A DNA stretch of 64,000 bases. Origin: an uncultured virus (IMG/VR IMGVR_UViG_3300037755_000799). Taxonomy: Duplodnaviria; Heunggongvirae; Uroviricota; Caudoviricetes. This document shows positions 27,630-37,435 of the stretch, in pieces. The stretch lies in IMG/VR virus record IMGVR_UViG_3300037755_000799; one strand, written 5' to 3'. A program made the position numbers and the translations under genes. Below the pieces are notes generated by a model that searched no databases, was not told the DNA's origin, and saw nothing but the letters and a program-made list of their open reading frames with translations. The stretch's first letter is position 1. Each line of letters starts with the position of its first letter.

Positions 27630-28313
27630 GTGGTCAAACGTACCTGCGACGTGCCTGAATGCAACAGACCACACTCCAGCAAGGGGTACTGCGCGCCGCA
27701 CTATGCCCGCTGGAAGCGGACAGGACGACCGGGCACGGCCCAAGTAGCCGCACCGAGCCGGGGAGGCGCCTGCTCAGTCCAGGGATGCGACCGTCAGCGT
27801 AAAGCTCGCGGGTATTGCCAGCAGCACTACAACCGATGGGCAAGCAGTGGCGACCCCGGCCCTGTCACGATCCGCGCCAAAGGCGACTCCAGGACCCGTG
27901 ATGCGCAGGGGCGGAAGCGGTGCACCAAGTGCGAGGAGTGGCGCTCCGTACGCGACTTCCGGAGCGGGCCCCGGGCGGCGGACAAGCTGAGCTCCCACTG
28001 CTACCGCTGCCACCGCGCCGGGGTGCTGCGCCGCACCTACGGCGTCACAATCGAGTGGTACGAGAAGACTCTGGCAGAACAAGGCGGCCTCTGCGCACTG
28101 TGCTCGAAGGCGAACCGAGACGGTCGCATGCTCGCGGTCGACCACGATCACACCTGCTGCGCTGGCCGTAAATCATGCGGCAACTGCGCGAGAGCGCTCC
28201 TTTGTACCCGCTGCAACACCGGGCTCGGAGCGTTCGGCGATGATACGGCGCTCATGGCTGCGGCCATTGAGTACGTGACCACGCGGAAGGCGCGGCGTGA
28301 CGGCTCCCCCTGA
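27630..28313 (+). CDS. Endonuclease VII-domain homing endonuclease-like protein
   Basis: Two CxxxxC..GYC..HY Zn modules; YGVT, QGGLCALC, AVDHDH, LLCTRCNTGLGAFGDD. Confidence 0.88.
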   Translation: MVKRTCDVPECNRPHSSKGYCAPHYARWKRTGRPGTAQVAAPSRGGACSVQGCDRQRKARGYCQQHYNRWASSGDPGPVTIRAKGDSRTRDAQGRKRCTKCEEWRSVRDFRSGPRAADKLSSHCYRCHRAGVLRRTYGVTIEWYEKTLAEQGGLCALCSKANRDGRMLAVDHDHTCCAGRKSCGNCARALLCTRCNTGLGAFGDDTALMAAAIEYVTTRKARRDGSP

Positions 28314-29634
28314 TCTCATCCACCGGTACGAACCCCGGGGTGCGGCACTGGAGCTGATGCGGTGTCGCAACCCTGAGGTGCTCCTGAGCGGGCCAGCGGG
28401 GACGGGCAAGAGCCGGGCTTGCTTGGAGAAGCTGCATCTGATGTCGCTGGTGAACGCGGGGATGAGGGGGCTCATCGTCCGTAAGACTCGCGAGTCTCTG
28501 GGCTCGACGGCCCTGGTGACGTATCGGGAGCACGTTGCCCAAGAGGCTTTGGCCAGTGGACTGGTGTCTTTTTATGGCGGGTCGGCTCAGGAGCCGCCGC
28601 AGTACCGGTACAGCAACGGCTCAAAGATCATGATCGGGGGGATGGACAAACCTACCAAGATCATGTCATCTGAGTACGATGCCGCCTACGTCCAGGAAGC
28701 CATCGAGCTGACCACCACCGACTGGGAGAACATCACCACGCGCCTCAGGAATGGCGCCGTGAGCTTCCAGCAGCTCCTCGCAGACTGCAACCCGGACATG
28801 CCCAGTCACTGGCTGCACCAGCGCTGCGTACGCGGTACGACCCAGATGCTCGACTGCCGCCACGAAGACAATCCCGTCCTCTACAGCGCCGACGGCACCC
28901 TCACTGAGCGCGGCAAGGACTACATCAGCAAGCTCGACGCGCTCACTGGCGTCCGTTATCAGCGCCTCCGGCTGGGCCGATGGGCGGCAGCGGAAGGTCA
29001 GGTCTATGAGGCGTGGAACCCGGCCGTCCATCTGATCGACCCCATCCGCCTGCCGCAGGAGTGGACCAGATGGATCTCGATCGACTTCGGGTACACGGCG
29101 CCCTTCTGTGCCCAGTGGTGGGCCGAAGACGGGGACGGCAGGCTCTACTTGTACAGGGAGCTGTACGCCACTCGCGGTCTGGTTGAAGACCATGCCCGCC
29201 ACATGCTGGAGCTGATGAAGTACCCGTCGGGGCAGTGGCGGGAGCCGCAGCCGCGCGCGGTGATCTGTGACCACGACGCGGAGGACCGGGCGACGCTGGA
29301 GAGGCACCTCGGGTTGGGCACGGTGGCCGCGAAGAAGTCCGTCAGCGACGGCATCCAGGCGGTGCAGTCGCGCCTGAAAGTCCAACCGGATGGGAAGCCT
29401 CGGCTGTTCATCTTCCGTGATGCCCTAGTGAAGGCTGACCCGGAGCTGGAGGACGCGAAGAAGCCGACGTGCTCCGTCGACGAGATCACAGGCTACGTGT
29501 GGGCCGTAAAGCCTGGTGCGTCGGGCGATCTGAAGGAGGCGCCGGTGAAGGAAAACGATCATGGCATGGACACGATGCGCTACGCCGTCGCAGCCCGCGA
29601 CCTGGTCGGCCGGACCCGGGTGCGCTGGCTGTGA
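28297..29634 (+). CDS. terL: Terminase large subunit
   Basis: SGPAGTGKS, YVQEAIE, DCNP, SIDFGY, DHGMDTMRY. Confidence 0.95.
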   Translation: MTAPPDLIHRYEPRGAALELMRCRNPEVLLSGPAGTGKSRACLEKLHLMSLVNAGMRGLIVRKTRESLGSTALVTYREHVAQEALASGLVSFYGGSAQEPPQYRYSNGSKIMIGGMDKPTKIMSSEYDAAYVQEAIELTTTDWENITTRLRNGAVSFQQLLADCNPDMPSHWLHQRCVRGTTQMLDCRHEDNPVLYSADGTLTERGKDYISKLDALTGVRYQRLRLGRWAAAEGQVYEAWNPAVHLIDPIRLPQEWTRWISIDFGYTAPFCAQWWAEDGDGRLYLYRELYATRGLVEDHARHMLELMKYPSGQWREPQPRAVICDHDAEDRATLERHLGLGTVAAKKSVSDGIQAVQSRLKVQPDGKPRLFIFRDALVKADPELEDAKKPTCSVDEITGYVWAVKPGASGDLKEAPVKENDHGMDTMRYAVAARDLVGRTRVRWL

Positions 29635-29713
29635 TCGCCCGCCGCTAGCCGCCCCACCGCGCGACCGTGGACAATACCCGTGAGCCCGACCCCGACCAAC
29701 CGGAGGACCCGGC

Positions 29714-29938
29714 GTGAAAAAGACCATCGCCCGACTCGCCGCGGTCCGACCACGCCTCACCACGGCCGCCACCGCCGTCGCGGCAGCCCGAGCCGGCCTG
29801 TACACCACTGGCGGTCTCGCCTGCGGCACCGCATCCGCCTGGGTTACTTGGGGTGTCGGCGCCGGCCTCGCCGGAGCATCCGTGTCGCTGCTGCTGATGG
29901 GTGTCCTGTCTGACAATGAGAAGGGGGCGGTCCGGTGA
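29714..29938 (+). CDS. Small membrane protein preceding portal
   Basis: GGAGG RBS; hydrophobic; coupled to portal. Confidence 0.75.
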   Translation: MKKTIARLAAVRPRLTTAATAVAAARAGLYTTGGLACGTASAWVTWGVGAGLAGASVSLLLMGVLSDNEKGAVR

Positions 29939-32073
29939 GGTCTCTACGTGCGTTGAGGAATAAGACGCCGGTGCCGTACGTGTCGTCGCGTGGCGGGCTG
30001 TCGATTCCGTGGCGGGCACCGTCCGGGGCTGAGGCGCAGATGCGGGCGATGGGGACGGTGGGAACCCTGTTCTCCATCGTCAACCGCACCAGCAACGCGA
30101 CGGCGCTCGTCGACTGGAAGCTGCTCCGCAAAGCCCCGTCAGGCAAGCTGGAGGACCGGGTTGAGGTCACCTCCCACGCGATCCTCGACCTGTGGAACAA
30201 GCCGAACCGGTTCTTCACCCGGCAAGAGTTGGTCGAGACGGTGCAGCAGCACATCGACCTCACGGGTGAGGGCTGGCTCGTCATCGGCCGGAATCCGCGC
30301 TCGCCGATGCCGCTGGAGTTGTGGCCGGTGCGCCCGGACCGTATCCAGCCGGTGCCGCACCCGGTGGATTTCATCTCCGGCTACCTGTACACCGGCCCGG
30401 ACGGGCGTGAGATCGCGCTGCGTGTCGAGGACGTCATTCAGATCCGGATGCCCAACCCGCTGGACCCGTACCGGGGGATGGGGCCGGTGCAGTCGATCCT
30501 CACCGAACTCGACGCGAGCAGGTACTCGGCTGAGTGGAACCGCAACTTCTTCATGAACAGTGCGGAGCCCGGCGGGATCATCGAACTCCCCTCCGTCCTC
30601 TCCGACCCCGAATGGGACCAGCTCCAAGCCCGCTGGAACGAACAGCACAAGGGCGTCGCCAACGCTCACCGGGTTGCGTTCATCGAGCACGGGCAGTGGA
30701 AGGACCGCAAGTACACGCAGCGGGACATGCAGTTCGCTGAGCTCCGGTCGGTGTCCCGGGACGTGATCCGCGAATCCTTTGGCGCGCCGGCGTTCGTGCT
30801 GGGTGAGGTCGGTGACGTCAACCGGGCGACGGCTGATGCGTCGAAGGTGCTGTTCGCGGAGCAGTTGACGGTGCCGCGCTTGGAGCGTTTCAAGCAGGCG
30901 TTGAACAACGACCTGTTGCCCCTGTACGGCAAGGATGCGGCACGGCTGCTGGAGTTCGACTACTGCGACCCGGTACCCCCGGATGCTGCCGCGCGCAACG
31001 AGGAGCTGACCGCGAAGTCGGCTGCCTATGCCGAGTTCATCGGGGCCGGGGCGGATCCGCGTCTGGTCGCCGAGTATCTCGACTTGCCCGAGTTTGCTGG
31101 GGACGCGGACCGGGATCTGCTGGTGCGGATTGTGACGGGTGCGCCGTCGACGGCGCCGATGATTCTGCCGCTGCTGGGTTTCGACGTCCCGGAGCCGGCT
31201 GCTCCCGCCCCCGCGGTCGCTGCTGTGCCTGTGCAGCAGCCGGCGGCCCGTCTGGACTTGCATCACCATGTGCCGTTCGCGTTGCCCGCCGGGCGGCCGT
31301 CGTACAACCGGGTGTTGGAGCGCGGCGGGGTGCGTGCGCAGGCTGATGACGATGCGTTGGACGCGGTGCGGGTCCAGTTCGAGGAGGCGCTCGCTGGACT
31401 GTTGGAGGCGTGGGAGCCGATCGCGGAGGCGCAGTACGCGGCGGTGGAGGAGCAGATCGCCGCCGCCGTGGATGCTGGGGATACGGAGGCGTTGGCCACG
31501 CTTGTCGTGGACGCGGATGAGGGTGCGCGGGTGCTGCGGCTGGCGCTCGGGGAGATGGCGGAGACGGCGGCCGGGCAGATGGCGGAGGAGGCTGCCGAGC
31601 AGGGTGTGAAGGTGCGTCCGCCGAGGGTGGACAAGGGGCTGCGGAATGCGTTCGGGTCGGAGTTGATTGAGATTGCTGTGGCGACGGCGGCGTTGTTGGC
31701 GGCGGATGTGGCGGGGTCGGCGGGTCGTGAGGCGCTGCGGCTACTCACTCCTGGTGCGGTGGGGCGTGAGGTCGCCTCGCAGGTGGGCGGGTTCCTGCGC
31801 GGGTTGAAGAACTGGTTCCGGCGGGATCAGTTGGGTGGTGCGTTGCATCGGGCGCAGAACACGGCCCGGGTGGCGACGTTGGCCGCTGCGCCTACCGCCC
31901 GGATTTTTGCTAGCGAGCGGAACGATCGCAACACGTGCGGCCCGTGTAAGGAGATCGACGGGCACGAGTTCGACGACTTGGATGCGGTGCGGGCTGCGTA
32001 TGGTGCGGGCGGCTATCTGCGGTGCGAGGGCGGCGTGCGCTGCCGAGGAACCGTGACGGCCCGCTGGGAGTGA
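29935..32073 (+). CDS. HK97-type portal fused to head-morphogenesis (MuF-like) domain
   Basis: LWNKPN, LTGEGW, LWPVRPDR, YRGMGPV, FFMNSAEPGG; C-terminal D.NTCGPC..IDG...RCRG. Confidence 0.9.
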   Translation: MRSLRALRNKTPVPYVSSRGGLSIPWRAPSGAEAQMRAMGTVGTLFSIVNRTSNATALVDWKLLRKAPSGKLEDRVEVTSHAILDLWNKPNRFFTRQELVETVQQHIDLTGEGWLVIGRNPRSPMPLELWPVRPDRIQPVPHPVDFISGYLYTGPDGREIALRVEDVIQIRMPNPLDPYRGMGPVQSILTELDASRYSAEWNRNFFMNSAEPGGIIELPSVLSDPEWDQLQARWNEQHKGVANAHRVAFIEHGQWKDRKYTQRDMQFAELRSVSRDVIRESFGAPAFVLGEVGDVNRATADASKVLFAEQLTVPRLERFKQALNNDLLPLYGKDAARLLEFDYCDPVPPDAAARNEELTAKSAAYAEFIGAGADPRLVAEYLDLPEFAGDADRDLLVRIVTGAPSTAPMILPLLGFDVPEPAAPAPAVAAVPVQQPAARLDLHHHVPFALPAGRPSYNRVLERGGVRAQADDDALDAVRVQFEEALAGLLEAWEPIAEAQYAAVEEQIAAAVDAGDTEALATLVVDADEGARVLRLALGEMAETAAGQMAEEAAEQGVKVRPPRVDKGLRNAFGSELIEIAVATAALLAADVAGSAGREALRLLTPGAVGREVASQVGGFLRGLKNWFRRDQLGGALHRAQNTARVATLAAAPTARIFASERNDRNTCGPCKEIDGHEFDDLDAVRAAYGAGGYLRCEGGVRCRGTVTARWE

Positions 32074-32105
32074 GCGCGTCTGCGCACCGGCCTATCGGGG
32101 CGTCG

Positions 32106-32405
32106 TCACGCGGGGTGCCACCAGAAGCCATCCGGGTCGAAGCGCGTTGGTACCGGGCTCACGGTGAACCGATGCCCGCACGTGCCCAAGTCGATCTCCA
32201 GCACACCGCCCGGACCTTGGTCGTACGTGGACCACGCGACGTGTTTTGCCGGTACGCCGCATTCGGGGCAGCCCGGGTAGTGCACGGACTCGCCGCCGTC
32301 GGCGAGCTGGTCGAGTCTTTCCGCTCGGATGTATTCGCGGCGGTTCTCTGTCGCCTTGTCGAAGGCGATGGCCCGGTCGGGGTCGAGTGGAATGCGGTCG
32401 CTCAC
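32106..32405 (-). CDS. Cys-containing hypothetical protein
   Basis: GAGGTG RBS; CPECG..CGH. Confidence 0.7.
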   Translation of the reverse strand: MSDRIPLDPDRAIAFDKATENRREYIRAERLDQLADGGESVHYPGCPECGVPAKHVAWSTYDQGPGGVLEIDLGTCGHRFTVSPVPTRFDPDGFWWHPA

Positions 32406-32434
32406 GGCTGCACCTCGTCGCGGTCTGGGAGTGA

Positions 32435-32605
32435 CTACCTTCGGACGCGGGGTTCCGGGTTGCAGAGGACGTAGGTGTTCACGTACGCCATGGCCGCCCA
32501 CAAGACGGCGATGGCGGTTGATCCCATCCAGCCCCATTGCGCTCCGTGGTAGGCCATGAGGAAGACAGCGGTCCCTGCGATCAGTGCCGCGATGATGGGC
32601 TTCAC
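32435..32605 (-). CDS. Small two-TM membrane protein
   Basis: Coupled; hydrophobic. Confidence 0.65.
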   Translation of the reverse strand: MKPIIAALIAGTAVFLMAYHGAQWGWMGSTAIAVLWAAMAYVNTYVLCNPEPRVRR

Positions 32606-32940
32606 AGCGTCACCTCTGGGAGTCGCACCAGCATGTACTGGCCGTCCGGCATCTGCCCGTCGCCCACGTACGCGCCGAGGCTCTTGCAGTAGATCAGCGC
32701 CTTCCCAGCAGGTACTTCCTCGGAGGCGCACACCTCGTAGCCGAGCACCCGCCCGCCGATCAGTACGGAGGCGCCGCCGTCGGTGGGGTTGAGCCACAGT
32801 TCGTCATCGGACCGCATGGGTGGCCACTGCTTCCGCGTCCAGATGATGACGTCGTAGATGGCTTGGCCGAGTGGGCCTTCCATGACTTCGGCGGCTCGGT
32901 GCTGGCGGATCTGTTCGGGCGTCATCCACTCGCCGCTCAC
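32602..32940 (-). CDS. Hypothetical protein
   Basis: GAGGAG RBS; GTGA overlap. Confidence 0.7.
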   Translation of the reverse strand: MSGEWMTPEQIRQHRAAEVMEGPLGQAIYDVIIWTRKQWPPMRSDDELWLNPTDGGASVLIGGRVLGYEVCASEEVPAGKALIYCKSLGAYVGDGQMPDGQYMLVRLPEVTL

Positions 32941-33707
32941 GTGGTCTCCTCGGTCAAGCCCATGTCCTGCTTTGCGATGTGCTGCGCCCGCTGCTCCGAG
33001 TACACCTTCCGCACCCGCTGCGCATCCCAGCCCTCGACCGTGAGCGCGGTCCGGGGAGGGCTGCCGACATCGCCGCGCAGCCAGGCGTACTCGACACGGC
33101 CAGGCCGGCCATCGAAGTCCTTCTCGACGCACGACTCATGAGGCTCCAGTGGCGGCACCCAGAAAATCTTGTGCCACGGACGCGTCTTCACCGGCCCATC
33201 GCGAACCTCCAGCGTCAGAACATCGGCCCCGACGGAGTAGGCGTGCGCGTCTTCGGCTCGGGTGAAGGCGTAGCGGGGTTCGTGGTCTGCCTCGGCATCT
33301 TGGTCCGGCAGGGGCACGTAGACCATGCGCGGCTCAGGTTGGCCCAGCGACACCACCCTCGGTGGGATGCCGTCCATGCCCGCGAACTCGTGATGCGACC
33401 ACACCGTGACATGCCGGAACCCCTCCGCCTTCAACCGCTCCTCCAACTCCTCCGGCCGCGCATAGTTCCACGCGAACCAAATGCAGGCGCTTCCTGCGAC
33501 CTTGTGGCCGCCCTGGAGTTGCTGCCAGTCGTCGCGGTTGCAGGAGATGACGGGCATGTGGACTGCCCTGTGCGAGTTGTCCGAGTCGGGGTACAGGACG
33601 TCTCGGATGATGTCGGCGACCTTCGGCGCAATGTCCTCGGCGCTGATCCATCCGGTGGGTCCGTCGCTGTCGCCGATGATGACGAACATGTCGGTCGCGT
33701 TGCTCAC
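32937..33707 (-). CDS. Hypothetical protein (possibly two-domain)
   Basis: GTGA overlap chain. Confidence 0.7.
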   Translation of the reverse strand: MSNATDMFVIIGDSDGPTGWISAEDIAPKVADIIRDVLYPDSDNSHRAVHMPVISCNRDDWQQLQGGHKVAGSACIWFAWNYARPEELEERLKAEGFRHVTVWSHHEFAGMDGIPPRVVSLGQPEPRMVYVPLPDQDAEADHEPRYAFTRAEDAHAYSVGADVLTLEVRDGPVKTRPWHKIFWVPPLEPHESCVEKDFDGRPGRVEYAWLRGDVGSPPRTALTVEGWDAQRVRKVYSEQRAQHIAKQDMGLTEETT

Positions 33708-34147
33708 GGTGTGGGTTCTTCTTCCTCGGGCTCGGCGGGGTCGGTTTCCGACGCATTCGACTTCCCCATGTGCAAGATGCCCCGCGTCCACCGCGCTTGC
33801 TCCGGCGACACATACTCGCCAACCTCGGCGTCCGGGACGTGCGAGTACACGTACGCGCCGTCCACTGCCCGCTTCGGACTGTCGTCACGTTCGCGTTCCA
33901 GCCAGTACAGGGCCGACCGGCCACGGATCGGCTCGGGACGGTCGCGCACTCTCCACTCGGGGTAGCCCCATTCCACGCGGCACAGCCACACGGCCTCGGG
34001 AACGGGCAGGCCGTCGGCGGGTGTCCATGGCGCGGCGATGGCCCATCGCGGCGGCGGCATGATCCCGCGTTCTTCGTCGATCCAGTCGGTTGCTGGGCCG
34101 CCGCTGAGCATGAGTCGGATCTGTTCGTTGTCGGCTGGTGTGCTCAC
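33704..34147 (-). CDS. Hypothetical protein
   Basis: GTGA overlap; LSGGP motif. Confidence 0.7.
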   Translation of the reverse strand: MSTPADNEQIRLMLSGGPATDWIDEERGIMPPPRWAIAAPWTPADGLPVPEAVWLCRVEWGYPEWRVRDRPEPIRGRSALYWLERERDDSPKRAVDGAYVYSHVPDAEVGEYVSPEQARWTRGILHMGKSNASETDPAEPEEEEPTP

Positions 34148-34518
34148 GGCGTGGGCTCCCGGTGCTCGGCGGGGATGGATAGGCAACGCCCCTGCGAGCA
34201 TTCGTACGAGCAGCACATCAGGGCCATGCAGCGGCCGGGACGGCAGTGCCGATCGAGGGGAAGCGGGTTGGTCTCCTTGCCGCTCATGTCCGGCGCGTGG
34301 GTCATGCCGAGCCGGATCACAGCCTCATCAGCATGCGCGTACACAAAGCCGTCGCACTCGACTTCGACACCGTTCCTGTAGATGGCCTTGATGCGGTAGT
34401 CCCGCTCGGTGTTCTCGGGCACGCCGAGTGGGAAGCGGACTAGGTCACCGACCTGGAAGTACTCGGTGAACCCGCGTTGCTGCTGGCGGGTACGGAGCAG
34501 GGATTCAACGTCGCTCAC
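34144..34518 (-). CDS. Hypothetical protein with Cys-rich tail
   Basis: GTGA overlap. Confidence 0.65.
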   Translation of the reverse strand: MSDVESLLRTRQQQRGFTEYFQVGDLVRFPLGVPENTERDYRIKAIYRNGVEVECDGFVYAHADEAVIRLGMTHAPDMSGKETNPLPLDRHCRPGRCMALMCCSYECSQGRCLSIPAEHREPTP

Positions 34519-34832
34519 GGCTGTGGCCTTTCGTCGGCGATCGCCCACGTCGGCCAGGACTCCGGCGGCTCCACAGCGAGCGGCACCGTACGCTCTTCCG
34601 GCGCGGCGCAGTCCTGGCCGTCCACGTGATACCTGGCGCCTTCGAGGGTGCGCAGGTAGGCCCGGTACCGGATCGTCCGCCCGTCGGGGCCGTCCTCAAC
34701 GGTCAGGTCGTGGTTGGTGGACACGTCGTCGGGGTCGATGCCGTTCGCCGCAACCCACGTGCTGATCTCCTCGGCGCGGCCCTGAGCGACGTGCAGGGGC
34801 CAGAGGGTCTTGTTGCTGATCAGGCGCCTCAC
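34515..34832 (-). CDS. Hypothetical protein
   Basis: AAGGAG RBS; WVAANGIDP. Confidence 0.75.
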   Translation of the reverse strand: MRRLISNKTLWPLHVAQGRAEEISTWVAANGIDPDDVSTNHDLTVEDGPDGRTIRYRAYLRTLEGARYHVDGQDCAAPEERTVPLAVEPPESWPTWAIADERPQP

Positions 34833-35452
34833 TGCTGCTCCTTGGTGGCGGGGATGTAGCTGGGGATCTTCTTCAACTCCGGGTCCAGGATCTCCATCGC
34901 CTTCACCTCCGGGCGCCGCTCGACCTCCCGTACACCGAGGGCGAAGGCGTACAGGTTGCCGAACATGGCCTCGGCGAGCCCGTCAGGGAGCAGCGACGGC
35001 CCGGACGGTGCAGGACGCTTAGGCTCGGGCCGGTCCAGTGCGGCGCGCTGCTCGCCGGTGAGCCCGTACCCCCCAGCGAGCGCGAGCAGCGTCTCGCAGT
35101 CGTTGGTGTGCTCGACGAGCGCCCCATACTCCGAGTCGTCGCCGCAGCCGAGGCAGGCGTAGGGCTCCCAGGAGACGCCGGCGGGTGCGTGGTGTTCGAG
35201 GATCTTCCGGTCGGCGGCACAACGACGCAGCACGGCGGCCGGATCGGCATGGGCGATGATCAAGCTCATGTCGGCCTGCACCTGCACGTTGCTGCCGCTT
35301 CGTACGTAGTCCCACATTCGGGCGACGGTGCCAGCGTCAGCCATGACGGTGTCGTCGTGTGTGTCGGCGGTCCATGGTCCGGGCGTGGCGGCGCGGGCGA
35401 GCGTTTCCGTCACGTCGATCTGCTGGGTGATCCAGCCATGCAAGTCAGGCAT
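34829..35452 (-). CDS. DUF6221-like protein
   Basis: ARAATPGPW, DPAAVLRRCAADRKILEHH, C..C...CETLLALA..Y. Confidence 0.75.
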   Translation of the reverse strand: MPDLHGWITQQIDVTETLARAATPGPWTADTHDDTVMADAGTVARMWDYVRSGSNVQVQADMSLIIAHADPAAVLRRCAADRKILEHHAPAGVSWEPYACLGCGDDSEYGALVEHTNDCETLLALAGGYGLTGEQRAALDRPEPKRPAPSGPSLLPDGLAEAMFGNLYAFALGVREVERRPEVKAMEILDPELKKIPSYIPATKEQQ

Positions 35453-35895
35453 CACCAATCCTCCTCGGTCCGCGTGCTCGTCTCCCGGACAGCCCGGAAC
35501 ACCGTCCCCGGATGCTCGGCCCGCAGCCGCTCCAACTCCCGGCGTGCGTCCTCCCGGTACGGGCTGCGGTCGACGCACACGGCAAGCCGGCGGCCGAGCT
35601 TCGTCTCGATGACCCACTCGTTGTACTCACCCCGGGTGCCGGTGTTCAGGTCGAGGGCGGTCGGCCGTTGTCTACTCGCGGGCGTTTCCTGTGGCGGGAT
35701 GAAGTATTGGGTGAAGTCGTCGATGCGTGTGGCCAACCCTTTGTTGCGGTGGCGGTCGCGGGTGGTGTCTGCGGGCGCTGTCCAGTAGACGTTGTCTCCC
35801 TCCACGCTGGTGACGATGGCTGTGTCTGCTGGGTCGTCTACGGGACGCCAGATCTCACCGGCCTTGGGGTGCCGTGTGCTCTGTTCGGCAGTCAC
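35452..35895 (-). CDS. Hypothetical protein
   Basis: GAGGAG RBS; coupled. Confidence 0.7.
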   Translation of the reverse strand: MTAEQSTRHPKAGEIWRPVDDPADTAIVTSVEGDNVYWTAPADTTRDRHRNKGLATRIDDFTQYFIPPQETPASRQRPTALDLNTGTRGEYNEWVIETKLGRRLAVCVDRSPYREDARRELERLRAEHPGTVFRAVRETSTRTEEDW

Positions 35896-36083
35896 GGAAT
35901 CTCCTCGGGTTGTGGGAGTGGGCGGGCGTACAGGCGGACCAACTCCGAGTACAGGTCCTCCGGCCGCATCTCGGGCGGGTCGGGCCACGGGACGGCGGGC
36001 AGCAGTTGCAGCGGATGGCCGGGCCCGGCGTGCCAGTAGTAGTCGCGGCCGAACAGGCGCACCGGACGCAGACGGTCACCCAC
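35892..36083 (-). CDS. Small hypothetical protein
   Basis: Fills the coupled chain. Confidence 0.55.
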   Translation of the reverse strand: MGDRLRPVRLFGRDYYWHAGPGHPLQLLPAVPWPDPPEMRPEDLYSELVRLYARPLPQPEEIP

Positions 36084-36321
36084 GCCGGGTCCTGAACGCG
36101 AGGAAGTACGCCGGAACCCCAACCGGCCAGACGAACGCAGTCACAAGCCCCATCAGGATGCCGCTGACGACGTGTTCGGTTTCAATCCGAAGCGGCTCGC
36201 CAGGATCCGGGAACGAGACCATGCGCCTGCTCCAGTCGGCCTCGTCGATGGTGATGTCGATGGCGAGGATGACTGCGGAGATCGCGGCGCCGATGACGTA
36301 GACGGTCTCGAAGACGTTCAC
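36076..36321 (-). CDS. Two-TM membrane protein
   Basis: GAGGAG RBS; hydrophobic, AFVWP. Confidence 0.7.
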   Translation of the reverse strand: MNVFETVYVIGAAISAVILAIDITIDEADWSRRMVSFPDPGEPLRIETEHVVSGILMGLVTAFVWPVGVPAYFLAFRTRRG

Positions 36322-36713
36322 GGGGTCTCCTCGGGGGTGGTGTGAGGCAGTGGGTCCACCAGGCCGTTGCGCGAGCTTCCTGTGAAGTCGATTCGGCAAC
36401 CGGGCCACGGCCGCTTGAAGTGCTCCATACGCCCGGTGCGCGGGTTGGTGACGCACGCCCACTCGTTGACGTCGTGCTCCGTGCAGAGCGGCGTCACGAG
36501 GTGCGCGTTCGTGTTGCTGCCGTACAGGGCCAGCCAGCGCGTCTTGATCGCCTCGTACTCGGCCTCCGTGAGCGGCTCAGGGATAGTGAGCACTCGGGGC
36601 GTGGGGTGCTGAAACTTCGACCGCTGGAGGTGGTAGCGGCGGGGAGCCGCCCACGTGCAGAGGGCGATGACGGCCACCGCGACGACGATGACAACGATGT
36701 GGGCAACGCTCAC
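36318..36713 (-). CDS. Membrane-anchored protein with portal-like internal segment
   Basis: N-terminal TM helix; PEPLTEAEYEAIKTRW...NAH resembles this phage's portal. Confidence 0.7.
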   Translation of the reverse strand: MSVAHIVVIVVAVAVIALCTWAAPRRYHLQRSKFQHPTPRVLTIPEPLTEAEYEAIKTRWLALYGSNTNAHLVTPLCTEHDVNEWACVTNPRTGRMEHFKRPWPGCRIDFTGSSRNGLVDPLPHTTPEETP

Positions 36714-37123
36714 GGGGCGGGCTCCTTGATCGTGAAGTCGAGTTCGTTCCGCAACCGCCGTAGCCGCTCCCACGGCAGACACTGCTGCTGATGCCCCTTC
36801 TCGATCGCCGTCCGCATGTCCGGGTCCGGTGACTGGTAGGCGGCGGCGAGGATCCACAGCCAGTCCCGGTCGGTCCAGTCGGTGCTGCCGTGACAGCAGG
36901 TGATCCCGTTCGCGCGTGGGGGTGTTGAGCGTCCTCGGGTGGCGGGGCAGCCGAGTTCGATGAGGGGGTACGAGTAGCGGCCGATCATCAGGTCGCAGTC
37001 GGCGTGGTCGGTGACGCCGTCAGCGATGGCGGCTTCGGCCTGCTCGGGCCGGTTGAAGCCGGGGTCGTGGACGATGATGGCGGGGTCGTGGGAGAGGCAG
37101 AGGACGCTGTAGTTGCTGCTCAC
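36710..37123 (-). CDS. Cys/His hypothetical protein
   Basis: LCLSHDP, H..C.LMIGRYSYPL. Confidence 0.75.
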   Translation of the reverse strand: MSSNYSVLCLSHDPAIIVHDPGFNRPEQAEAAIADGVTDHADCDLMIGRYSYPLIELGCPATRGRSTPPRANGITCCHGSTDWTDRDWLWILAAAYQSPDPDMRTAIEKGHQQQCLPWERLRRLRNELDFTIKEPAP

Positions 37124-37425
37124 GACTGCTCCTTGTGCGGGGTGGCGCCGTCGGCGGTGTCGTTCCACACGGTGCGCCCGTTCGGCCCGATGACGCTGGC
37201 GTGGTAGTCGCCGTACTGGCCGTGTCCTATCCGGTGCCCGGCGCGGAGGATGCACGTGTACGAGCCGTACTCGTTGTCGAGGCGGGCTGTGCAGGGCGGC
37301 AGGTCGGCGTGGACGGTAGCGACATGCTGGTCTGTGCGGCTGGGCCACTGGAAGGTGTCGCAGTGGGGGCAGGCTTCGACGGTGAAGTCGTGGGGGCCGG
37401 GGGGTTCGGTGGGACAAGTGCTCAC
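37120..37425 (-). CDS. Cys/His-rich hypothetical protein
   Basis: CPHC, CILRAGH. Confidence 0.7.
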   Translation of the reverse strand: MSTCPTEPPGPHDFTVEACPHCDTFQWPSRTDQHVATVHADLPPCTARLDNEYGSYTCILRAGHRIGHGQYGDYHASVIGPNGRTVWNDTADGATPHKEQS

Positions 37426-37435
37426 GGGTTTCTCC

